From the NCBI GenBank assembly GCA_019057795.1, contig JAHLWS010000049.1, forward strand, positions 90,696-154,695: a stretch of DNA of 64,000 nucleotides, given 5' to 3'. This DNA is from Promethearchaeota archaeon (GTDB lineage: Archaea > Asgardarchaeota > Lokiarchaeia > Sigyniarchaeales > SOKP01). Shown piece by piece: positions 10,056-18,977 of the stretch (its first letter is position 1; each line of letters begins with the position of its first letter). Below the pieces are notes generated by a model that worked only from the letters and a program-made list of their open reading frames with translations, was not told the origin of the DNA and searched no databases. The position numbers and the translations under genes were made by a program.

Positions 10056-12152
10056 TTAAAATCTCATGTCTTTACGCCTTTTGATTAAAATGGTAGCAAC
10101 ACCAACAAAACCAACGCCGGCAATTAGTAGAATTAACGCCCAGAAGCCCTTTGCTTCGAACACCATGAACACGCTGAATGTTGGATCGTGCCAAATTCCA
10201 GTTCCGTTATTAAACATTGGAAAACATACGGCATAAACTATAACATTGAAACTCACGTTCAAACTGATATCAGCAGCAAAAGTTTCTGTTTCACCAGGTG
10301 TACCTTCGTATGTTTCATGTTTATCAACTTCTGCTTCGAATAAGGCAACTGGAAGTATATTAGATTTTGCTTTGTCTTTAGTTGTTGATTCTTCAGCTCC
10401 GTAGTAATACTCGGGTCCCGCAATATCAACAAAATCTAATTTTCCTGCAATATTTTTACCAAGATAATTTCCTATTTTCAATGAATGTGTTATATTACTA
10501 TAATCATCGGTTTTATCTAATGGATCTTCTGGATCGTCACCTAAAGTATCAACTGTTAAGTGGAAATGCAATACAGTAGAGACATAAATTATGGCTAGGT
10601 CTAAACCAGCGATTGGATTATTAGCATATGGTGCTGAAGGATCATTCCATGGAGCAAAAAATTGATCTAACTTAACTGCACCATGTAAAACAGGGATCTT
10701 TCCTCCATCCGTAGTGTCAAGTTCAATGAACTTTGGTTCGAAAGTAAATCCAAAGTGAATGTAGGCAAGAGATTCATTACGGGCTCCTAAGTACGAGTCT
10801 AAATCTACTCCAACTGGAACAGGAACAAGAGTTGCTTGATTCATAGTTAATCCCCATGAGATTTTTTTACCCTCCTTAGTAGGTAACTCAAAATCGAAAT
10901 CATCAACAGTGCCTAAAATTAATCTGTGTGTAAGTTCTGAACTATGTGGAACGTCTATTGGACTTCCATCTACTAATACTGGTATATCAGTACCAGATTG
11001 ATTTACTTGTACATAATCTGCAGAAAGCTTACCGTCTGAATTCGTATCGTTGTATAAGAAAGATCCTGCTAAATGGTGAGTGAACAAGTAAAATTCAATG
11101 TCTAATCCCTGAAAGATTTTGGCAGGGTTAACGGGACCACTTGGCTCACTCATCATGTCCATGATTGCCCCTACATCAATATGGATTTCAAAATTTTTAA
11201 CCCAAAATTGAATTAAATCAAAGGTGAACGAAGTAAAAACAGTTTCGAGAAGAGCAACATCATCAGTTTCAGTCAATAACCATTCCATGTAACTATCTTT
11301 TTTAGCTTTTGCTTTGGCATTCCATTGATCAAGTACTTCCTGTCCACCAGTTATATTTGTAATTAATCGATCGTCGTTATCAATACGCCAGTTATCTCCT
11401 GTGACTTTCCAAGTTTTATTAATACTAAAATCACTAGAAGTAGATACTTCTAACTTTTGCCAAGTTATAGGATTTAGTACAAACAATTCTTCTCCGGTAA
11501 AGATATCGTTGATGTGAATTAAGAACCAAGTAATTAATTCGACGCCTTCTCTGATAAGTTCTTCAGGGATTTCTTCTCCCGTTGACCCATCCATGTAAGG
11601 TCTTACAGTTTTGAAAAAAGCGATTATTTTTTTCACTGCGTTAACAAAAGAATTATCGTTGTCCCAAATAACCAAAGTAACTCCAGCACCATAGGTTAAA
11701 GTAAAATTGTAAGTTCCAGACTTTGTAACTTCGCAGTAGGCATAACCATGTTGACTATGATTTTCTAATCCTTCGTAATATTCGTAAGGTACCATATAAT
11801 GCTCTTGTTCGTTTGTGTTAAAAACTTTAGTATCATTATAAGTATGCTCTTGTAATGCGCTTATCACGTAGACTCCAGGTAAAACTTCCTTACCGCTGAA
11901 GTTGGTTAAGACCTGCATAAATAACATATCAAAAACAGTTGCTAGTAAATTTCCTCCGTAACCTAACCCTCTAAAAATATTTCCAAAACCGCCTGAAAAC
12001 CCAGAAACGACTTGGGATGGGTCTGTGATTCCGAATTGATCAAAAGTATTGTCGTTATCGTAATCGTATCCAGCTACCATCATTGGTGTGGCTGCAAAAG
12101 AAGCTACCATTAATGTTAAAACCATTAAGGCTTTAGTGCTTACTTTTTTCAT
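10056..12152 (-). CDS. Secreted, membrane-anchored cell-surface glycoprotein
   Basis: N-terminal signal peptide, acidic body with many N-x-S/T sequons, WHDPTF motif, C-terminal TM helix and KRRK tail. Confidence 0.7.
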   Translation of the reverse strand: MKKVSTKALMVLTLMVASFAATPMMVAGYDYDNDNTFDQFGITDPSQVVSGFSGGFGNIFRGLGYGGNLLATVFDMLFMQVLTNFSGKEVLPGVYVISALQEHTYNDTKVFNTNEQEHYMVPYEYYEGLENHSQHGYAYCEVTKSGTYNFTLTYGAGVTLVIWDNDNSFVNAVKKIIAFFKTVRPYMDGSTGEEIPEELIREGVELITWFLIHINDIFTGEELFVLNPITWQKLEVSTSSDFSINKTWKVTGDNWRIDNDDRLITNITGGQEVLDQWNAKAKAKKDSYMEWLLTETDDVALLETVFTSFTFDLIQFWVKNFEIHIDVGAIMDMMSEPSGPVNPAKIFQGLDIEFYLFTHHLAGSFLYNDTNSDGKLSADYVQVNQSGTDIPVLVDGSPIDVPHSSELTHRLILGTVDDFDFELPTKEGKKISWGLTMNQATLVPVPVGVDLDSYLGARNESLAYIHFGFTFEPKFIELDTTDGGKIPVLHGAVKLDQFFAPWNDPSAPYANNPIAGLDLAIIYVSTVLHFHLTVDTLGDDPEDPLDKTDDYSNITHSLKIGNYLGKNIAGKLDFVDIAGPEYYYGAEESTTKDKAKSNILPVALFEAEVDKHETYEGTPGETETFAADISLNVSFNVIVYAVCFPMFNNGTGIWHDPTFSVFMVFEAKGFWALILLIAGVGFVGVATILIKRRKDMRF

Positions 12153-12235
12153 TATTTATGATCACATTAATTTTTTTTTAGAATATTAATTTCTTAAAAT
12201 AATAATTAAAATCTATATTTTTAATATTTGATATT

Positions 12236-12318
12236 CTAGGCAATTAGAAACTTCAAAATCAAGAGTTTCAGTAGCAATATGTTTCACTCTTTTTATCCTA
12301 CCCATCGCTATTGTCTAG
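12236..12318 (-). promoter_or_regulatory. Candidate structured 5' leader (three-way junction) upstream of the surface protein gene
   Basis: Nested inverted repeats CTAGGCAAT/ATTGTCTAG, GAAACT/AGTTTC, TAGCAAT/ATCGCTA. Confidence 0.35.
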
Positions 12319-12468
12319 GTATTCACTTATATTGACATTAATTTTCCTTAAAAACGCATGTTATGCAAATTCAAAAAATCTTATATCTGATTTAACTTAA
12401 TTTCTTTCATAAAATAGACTAAACATAGATATATTAAGTTATCCTTAAAATTAAAAATAAAAAGAAAG

Positions 12469-13479
12469 TTAATCTTCAATAGTTAAAAATGTGTAAATTA
12501 GAACAAAAATATATAATATTGCTGAAATCAACAAGCTCCAAATTCTTAAAAATATTGAAATTTCTTCGCTAGATAATATTACATTTGAACCAATGAATAT
12601 TGCTGCGATAAGGTAACCAACAAAATAGCTTTTAAAATTTCCGTATTTGGACTTACCTCTAATTAAATTAACAAAAGAAATGAAAATTATAATTATAAGA
12701 CCAGCTGCATAGAATAAATCAATAATAGGATACTTATATAAATCTAAGAATAGAAAAAATCCAAATAAGAATAACTCTAATGCTTTCACATTCCAATAAC
12801 TCTTCTGTTTAGGAGAATCATCATATAATTGTTCATATTCGCTTATACCAGCATTAGAAAACAGAATTATTAATGAACCAATCGCTAATGCTGTAAATAA
12901 TGCATATGAAATCTTAAATAGATAATTTTCAATTAATGGAAGCCAAATTTTATCCAATAAGAATAAGGGTAGAATTAGATATTCTGGAATAATACTCACC
13001 GTACAGAAAATCGGGACTGATGATGCTAAAACCATAACAAACTTTGTTAAAAATGAGGTTTTCGAATCGTCTTCCCAACTCTCTTTTCTAAAAGTGGTTA
13101 AATGCCATGCAAAAGACGCAAAACTTAAAACAGCGATTACGGGTGTTATTAGTGGAAAGACAAAAATAAAAAGGATATAAACGGCATTAATCCCATAAAA
13201 AAACTTTAATCTAGAGGGAACTACGCTAACTTTTTCGTCGAATGAATCCATCGTATTGGCAAATCGATTTGCAAATAGAATTATAAAATATAACCAAGAG
13301 ATGCTAAACACAATCGGACTTAAAATCTTAATTATCCAAAAATTTAAATTTGGGTCGTTTGAATACCATAAATTAAAATCCACAAAAGAAAATATCAAAA
13401 AAATGCTTATTGGTACCAAAATTGCTGCAAGCAAAACAATTAAGCGCGAGAATATTATTCCCTTTACAGTTTTTGACAT
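12469..13479 (-). CDS. Multi-pass membrane protein of unknown function
   Basis: About 10 hydrophobic segments. Confidence 0.7.
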   Translation of the reverse strand: MSKTVKGIIFSRLIVLLAAILVPISIFLIFSFVDFNLWYSNDPNLNFWIIKILSPIVFSISWLYFIILFANRFANTMDSFDEKVSVVPSRLKFFYGINAVYILFIFVFPLITPVIAVLSFASFAWHLTTFRKESWEDDSKTSFLTKFVMVLASSVPIFCTVSIIPEYLILPLFLLDKIWLPLIENYLFKISYALFTALAIGSLIILFSNAGISEYEQLYDDSPKQKSYWNVKALELFLFGFFLFLDLYKYPIIDLFYAAGLIIIIFISFVNLIRGKSKYGNFKSYFVGYLIAAIFIGSNVILSSEEISIFLRIWSLLISAILYIFVLIYTFLTIED

Positions 13480-13648
13480 CTATTAATTTCACTATAGGTT
13501 TTTTTCAATTATGCATATAATGATAATAAAACATTTTAAAATCTCTGTTTTATCACAATATTTAATTAATTTTAAAATTACGATTTATTTTCGAAAGAAA
13601 GAAGATACCTAAAAATAAAAAAATAATAAAAAATGTATATAAATTTAT

Positions 13649-14395
13649 TTATTTCGCTATTATAGCTGAACCACAATTGGTGCAGAACTCGTTTCCAGGG
13701 ACCAATTTGGCTTTACAATTAGGGCATAGCTCTGAACTATCTAAAGATGGCTCTTGCTCCTCTTTTGTTTTACCTTTTGATTTTTTCACTTTAGGTTGAG
13801 CCGTACCTTCTGTTGGTTTGTATTTTAAACTTCCAATAAAACCTCCAAACACAGCCCCCACAAGACACCCTTCTAAAATCGCCGTAAAAACCGCCAGTAA
13901 GTAGGGTAAATCTGTTAGACCCAATACTGCTCCATCCACTACTCCTGCGATAATCGGACCAACCATGGGAATTACAGGTATTACTAAATATATAACCATG
14001 GCAGGAATTAAATAACCTATACCAATCGCAAGACTAGTGTGAATCCCACCTCGAGGAGAGTGCGCAGAAATTGCGCTAGTAATCGTGCAGCATAAAATCC
14101 AAGGAAGAACGACAGCAACTATAAGTAATACGTCGTCAGGTCTATAAAAGATACACCAATGAATAGGAAATAGTAAGATTAAAATTAGGCCAAGAAAGGC
14201 GCTTGCAACGAAACCGAGAATACCTGCCATAGGACCTAAAAAAGTTCCCAGAGAAGCTATAGCGTCGTCTAAATTTTTGATTAAACCACCAGTAACTCCG
14301 CCCGTTAAATCTAAAAATTGAAAACTAATCCATGCCATAGGAATCAAACACAGCATCCCAACACACCCAGACCAAATCACGCGACCCCAACCCAT
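13649..14395 (-). CDS. Membrane protein with C-terminal double zinc ribbon
   Basis: TM helices, then CPNC..CTNC; likely start is the ATG of MGWGRV after the GGGGA SD-like motif. Confidence 0.7.
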   Translation of the reverse strand: MGWGRVIWSGCVGMLCLIPMAWISFQFLDLTGGVTGGLIKNLDDAIASLGTFLGPMAGILGFVASAFLGLILILLFPIHWCIFYRPDDVLLIVAVVLPWILCCTITSAISAHSPRGGIHTSLAIGIGYLIPAMVIYLVIPVIPMVGPIIAGVVDGAVLGLTDLPYLLAVFTAILEGCLVGAVFGGFIGSLKYKPTEGTAQPKVKKSKGKTKEEQEPSLDSSELCPNCKAKLVPGNEFCTNCGSAIIAK

Positions 14396-14639
14396 ATAAT
14401 TATCCCCACATCGAATTTTCAAATAATTTTTTTCAAATTAATATTTTTATTACTAATTCAAACACGATTCGTATATTTAAAATTTTGTTTTTGTTGATAC
14501 TATCTTGTTAGAAATCCTAATAGAATAATTTGTAATTTTTCTTTAAAAACAACTTAGATTTACTGAATAATTAAGCTATCTTAGAGTTATTATGCGATAT
14601 AAAAAAAATTTAAAGAAAAAAGTTTTAAATAAAAAATTT

Positions 14640-15332
14640 TTATTTAATGCTGATAATTGCTCCTTTATCCATTTTAACGATTTTATTAGCATAAGAAGCT
14701 AAAGAACCTCTGTGGGTTACTACTATTATTGTAGTTTCCATATCTTTGTTAATTTGTTTTAAGAGGTCCATTACTTGCTTCTCAGATTCAGGATCAAGAT
14801 TACCCGTTGGTTCATCGGCTAAAATTACCCTTGGACGATGGATAATAGCCCTTGCGAGACCGCATCTCTGTTTTTCACCACCAGACAATTCTACGGGATA
14901 ATGATCTTTTCTTTCAAGTAAATTGACGTCTCTTAGCGCTGCAATTGCTCGGTTTTCGATTTCTTTCTCTCTTAAAACTGTGGGCCACAATAAAGCCGCC
15001 ACATTTTCAATAGCAGTTAAAGTAGGAATTAAGTTGAAATCTTGAAAGACAAAACCAATTTTTTGTCTTCTTAGTTTACTAAGTCTTGCTTCTTGCGCTC
15101 TAGCAATATTTTCCCCATCAAATATAATTTTTCCCGAATCTGGTAAGTCAATACCGCTTAAAACGTTAAGGAGCGTACTTTTACCGCAACCCGTTGGGCC
15201 TTGAACTAAAATAAATTCTCCTGATTTAATTGTAAGGTTAATATCAACTAAAGCGCGAATAATCGCACCAGCTCGCCGATATTCTTTATTTACATCAATA
15301 GCTTCGATCATAGTATCTTTATCTACAGGCAT
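14640..15332 (-). CDS. ABC transporter ATP-binding protein (LolD/MacB type)
   Basis: GPTGCGKST, LSGGEKQR, ILADEPTGNLD, VTH. Confidence 0.95.
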   Translation of the reverse strand: MPVDKDTMIEAIDVNKEYRRAGAIIRALVDINLTIKSGEFILVQGPTGCGKSTLLNVLSGIDLPDSGKIIFDGENIARAQEARLSKLRRQKIGFVFQDFNLIPTLTAIENVAALLWPTVLREKEIENRAIAALRDVNLLERKDHYPVELSGGEKQRCGLARAIIHRPRVILADEPTGNLDPESEKQVMDLLKQINKDMETTIIVVTHRGSLASYANKIVKMDKGAIISIK

Positions 15333-15344
15333 TTTTTTCCCTCC

Positions 15345-15908
15345 TTATACACCTACCCTCTTTAATGCGATAATTGGTCTTACTCTCAAGATTTTTCTAT
15401 TAGCTAAAAGAATCGCTAAAATTTGGAAAAATAGAAAAATTATGAAAGTTACAAAAACCGGTAAAAGGCTCACTAAAGGCAAATTCTCGATATAATACGG
15501 CGTTCCAAATACCGCTGGGTTTGTTGCGTAAATGTACCCAAAAAAAGCTGCGTAATGAAATAATACCTCAATAACGATAAAAAAGCCAATAAATGTTGTG
15601 AATAGAATAAATCCCGAAATTAACGTGTTAATATCTTTATTCGTCCATCCAATGCATTTCAAAGTAGCAATAGTTTTCGAATTACGTCTCACTATTATCC
15701 AAGAATATAGTAAGGATAAAAATATTCCTACGGCTAAAGCCATGAAGAAACTTGTGCTCGCGAGACCTAAATCTGATGTCTTTAGTACCAATTCGATTGA
15801 ATAACTTGTCCAAAATATTAAAATGGTATACATAAGACAGAAAACTGTAAATTGCTTTTTCTCCCGTAAAACCATCATAATAGATTTTTTTAATAATCTA
15901 AAAGCCAA
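15345..15908 (-). CDS. FtsX-like ABC permease (minimal, four TM segments)
   Basis: IATLKCIGWT..I motif and RVRPIIALK C-terminus; adjacent to the ATPase. Confidence 0.8.
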   Translation of the reverse strand: MAFRLLKKSIMMVLREKKQFTVFCLMYTILIFWTSYSIELVLKTSDLGLASTSFFMALAVGIFLSLLYSWIIVRRNSKTIATLKCIGWTNKDINTLISGFILFTTFIGFFIVIEVLFHYAAFFGYIYATNPAVFGTPYYIENLPLVSLLPVFVTFIIFLFFQILAILLANRKILRVRPIIALKRVGV

Positions 15909-16003
15909 TTATTTCACCGTTTAGTAAAAATTAATTTTTTATATAAATTGTTTGTATTAGTTATATAATAAAATCATAATAAAAATTTTGGGAATATTGA
16001 ATA

Positions 16004-16408
16004 ATGTCAACAGAAATTGAAAAAATTATAGATGAACTTCTAAATACAGAGCAGAATATTTTTGGAGTAGCTATTATTAATAAATCTGGATCTTTAATTA
16101 CTCAAACTCAGAATTGGGATATCTCCAGCAATTTAGACAAGGTTAATGAATTATTAAAAGCAAAAATTGAACTTGGGAAAAGGGGAATACCAAATATTTC
16201 GCTCCAAGGAATTAAATACATGATCGTTGAAAATACTGAAGAAAGAAAGATTGGTACGAATATCACGGGCAAAGGACACATTATTATTGCTCCAATTCCA
16301 ATTGGTGGAACGGGCGCGCTTATTTGCTACATTAACCCTCAAGCTGGACCTAGAGACGCCTTATTTACAGTTCAATCTTTCGCGCTAAAATTAGCGAATT
16401 TTGTATAA
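16004..16408 (+). CDS. Asgard (Loki-type) profilin
   Basis: ITQTQNWDIS, QGIKYMIVENTEERKIGTNITGKGH, PIPIGGTGALI.YINP.AGPRD, matching the Lokiarchaeal profilin-1 sequence as I recall it. Confidence 0.9.
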   Translation: MSTEIEKIIDELLNTEQNIFGVAIINKSGSLITQTQNWDISSNLDKVNELLKAKIELGKRGIPNISLQGIKYMIVENTEERKIGTNITGKGHIIIAPIPIGGTGALICYINPQAGPRDALFTVQSFALKLANFV

Positions 16409-16448
16409 AATTCTTTTTATTTATTTTAAATTTTTTTTAACGGTTTAT

Positions 16449-17783
16449 CACTTTCACAAAAGAAAACACACACCTTCAGGGTTGTGATGAATTTTGCATT
16501 AATCATTAATAATTATACCCCTATTTCTTTAAATACTAAATTCTCCACGTTACAATTAATGCAACTCGTTCAACAAGTTCAATTCAAACGATCAAATCTC
16601 TTGGATGAGATAACTTTTCTTTCAAAAAACCTGTTTAATGTGGCGACATATACCGTGCGACAACGCTTTTTCAAGGATCGTCATTGGATTCGATATAACG
16701 AGTTGTGGAAATTGCTAAAAACTCACGAATCGTATAGAAAATTACAAGGATCGTGCGGGTCTCATCCGCCACAACAAGTCCTAAAACAAGTAGATAGAAA
16801 TTTCAAGAGTTTCATTAAAGCAATCAAAGTTTGGAAAAGCGAACGGTCTAAATTTAAGGGGATGCCAAAACTTCCTCGCTACAAGCGTAAGAACGGCCAT
16901 AATTTAGTCTATTTCACTTCCCTACAATGTAGGCTAAAGGATGGACATGTACTACTCACGCAAAAGATGGAGAACTTAGGTTTTCCTAAAATAAAAACCG
17001 CGCTAAAAAGCGTGAAAGGCGTTCGCATCGTTCCATTCGGAGATCGATACAATATTGAATTAATCTACGATTACGAGCCAAAAGACTTGCACTTGAACGA
17101 GAATAACGTATTAGGAATCGATTTAGGACTTAATAACATCGTAACTGCGTCAGATAACATTGGAAACAAGCCACTGATTATCAAGGGCGGTGTTGTAAAG
17201 TCAATCAATCAATTCTACAACAAACAACTGTCGAAATACAGGTCCATGGCGAAAAAGTGCAACGGCACGGAAGTCACGGGACGCATCTTGAAGTTTCATC
17301 GAAAGCGCAACAATAAAATAAGAGATTTCTTTCACAAAACTTCCAGAAAAATAGTCAATCACTGCATCTCTAACGATATCGGGACCATCGTTATCGGATA
17401 TAACGAGGGCTGGAAGCAGAGAATCACGATAGGGAAAATAAACAACCAGAACTTTGTCTCCGCGCCGTTTTTAAAACTTGTCCAACAAATTGAATATAAA
17501 TCTGAGATGGTCGGAATTCAAGTAATTAGAACCGGCGAAGAGTACACTTCGCAAACGTGCTCTTCGTGTGGAGTCGTACGCAAGTCAAATCGCAAGTATC
17601 GTGGACTATACATTTGTAAAGATTGCGGGGTTGTCCTAAACGCTGATGTGAACGCTTCAAGAAACATTCTACAAAAAGGAGTCCCTAAATCCAAGTGGAT
17701 AGGGGATAGAGGGTGCTTGAGCCATCCAGTAGTGTTGAAAGTCTAACCTACGAATCCATAACCTTTAGGTTAAGGTTGTTCAA
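16449..17783 (+). mobile_element. Non-autonomous IS200/IS605-family element (tnpB only, IS1341-like)
   Basis: Left hairpin ~16469-16486 preceded by AAAG; right hairpin 17756-17775 preceded by GAAT and followed by TCAA; candidate TAM TTTAT at 16444-16448; left boundary inferred. Confidence 0.75.
16559..17746 (+). CDS. tnpB: TnpB RNA-guided endonuclease
   Basis: GIDLGLNN (RuvC-I), YTSQTCSSC..CKDC zinc ribbon, NADVNASRNI (RuvC-III); ATG at 16559 preferred as start. Confidence 0.92.
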   Translation: MQLVQQVQFKRSNLLDEITFLSKNLFNVATYTVRQRFFKDRHWIRYNELWKLLKTHESYRKLQGSCGSHPPQQVLKQVDRNFKSFIKAIKVWKSERSKFKGMPKLPRYKRKNGHNLVYFTSLQCRLKDGHVLLTQKMENLGFPKIKTALKSVKGVRIVPFGDRYNIELIYDYEPKDLHLNENNVLGIDLGLNNIVTASDNIGNKPLIIKGGVVKSINQFYNKQLSKYRSMAKKCNGTEVTGRILKFHRKRNNKIRDFFHKTSRKIVNHCISNDIGTIVIGYNEGWKQRITIGKINNQNFVSAPFLKLVQQIEYKSEMVGIQVIRTGEEYTSQTCSSCGVVRKSNRKYRGLYICKDCGVVLNADVNASRNILQKGVPKSKWIGDRGCLSHPVVLKV

Positions 17784-18874
17784 TGGTCCCAAAGAGTTTG
17801 CAATAAATCTGTGAGAAAAGTTTTAATTTTTTCTAATTCCTCTCTTTTAGATTCGCCCGATAATGAGAACTTTTTCTCAAATTCTGGAGGTTCGTACTTT
17901 TCATTTAATAGAGCTTTGATAACGGCGTAAACACAGTAAGGTAATCCTATTATATTGTATCCTCCTTCTAGAATAAAAGATATTTTTCCTTTACATACTT
18001 CTTCTGCAATTTTTAATAATCTTTCAGTAAATTTATTGTATGCAATACTAGTCAATAAACAGTTTCCAATAGGATCTGCGAAATACATATCAAAGCCTGC
18101 AGCAACAATGATAAGTTCTGGCTTGAATTCTTTAATTATTGGGTCGAGCAATTCAAGACAATAAAAAAAATCGTTATTTGTTATGCCTGCTGGCACGGGA
18201 AAATTAATGTTTTTACCAATTCCCTCGTCTATTCCAAGTTCGTCAACCATACCTAAATCGCCTCCGGTAAAATCAAATTCATGGATAGAAAAGTAAAGAA
18301 TTGAAGGATCATCGTAGAAAAATTGCGCAAGACCATCTCCGAAATGATTGTCAATATCGATTATTGCAATTTTCTGACTAAATTTCAATTGCTTTCGTAG
18401 ATAAAGGATAGAGTTTGCGATATTGTTGAATATGCAGAGTCCTGACGCCTTCTCTCTGAACGCGTGGTGTCCTGGAGGTCTTATTAAGGCAAATGACTGG
18501 TTAAACCTACCATTTATTACGCCTTCAATTGCTTCTATAGCTCCACCAACAGCTTTTTTAGCTAAAGCATAAGTATCATTTGATACAAAAACCTCTTCGT
18601 CAAGAAAACCCCCTCCTATGTTAGAGATGCGCTTAATTGCCTCAATATGATATTTCGAATGGGCTAGCTCTAGAATAGATTCTGTAACAATTTTAGGATC
18701 AACCTTAATTATACGATTATTTTTAAATATATTGTTCCGTTCTAAATGGTTTAGAATAGATCTTATCCTAATGGGATGTTCAAAAGAAATAAAAGACGGT
18801 TTTGGATATGGGGGAATGTGCATGGAAGCAAAATCATCGTCGACTATAATACCTATTGTATTTTCTGTCATCAT
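17780..18874 (-). CDS. Histone deacetylase family (HDAC/AcuC-like) protein
   Basis: RPPGHHA, GLCIFNN, DIDNHFGDG, AAGFD, LEGGY. Confidence 0.92.
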   Translation of the reverse strand: MMTENTIGIIVDDDFASMHIPPYPKPSFISFEHPIRIRSILNHLERNNIFKNNRIIKVDPKIVTESILELAHSKYHIEAIKRISNIGGGFLDEEVFVSNDTYALAKKAVGGAIEAIEGVINGRFNQSFALIRPPGHHAFREKASGLCIFNNIANSILYLRKQLKFSQKIAIIDIDNHFGDGLAQFFYDDPSILYFSIHEFDFTGGDLGMVDELGIDEGIGKNINFPVPAGITNNDFFYCLELLDPIIKEFKPELIIVAAGFDMYFADPIGNCLLTSIAYNKFTERLLKIAEEVCKGKISFILEGGYNIIGLPYCVYAVIKALLNEKYEPPEFEKKFSLSGESKREELEKIKTFLTDLLQTLWDH

Positions 18875-18977
18875 ATCAAAAATAAAAAATATTAGAATAA
18901 CTAAACTCTTATAATAATATTTGCATACTAATATTAAAAAATAATTTCAATTTACTCAAAAAGGTTAGAGAATAAAA

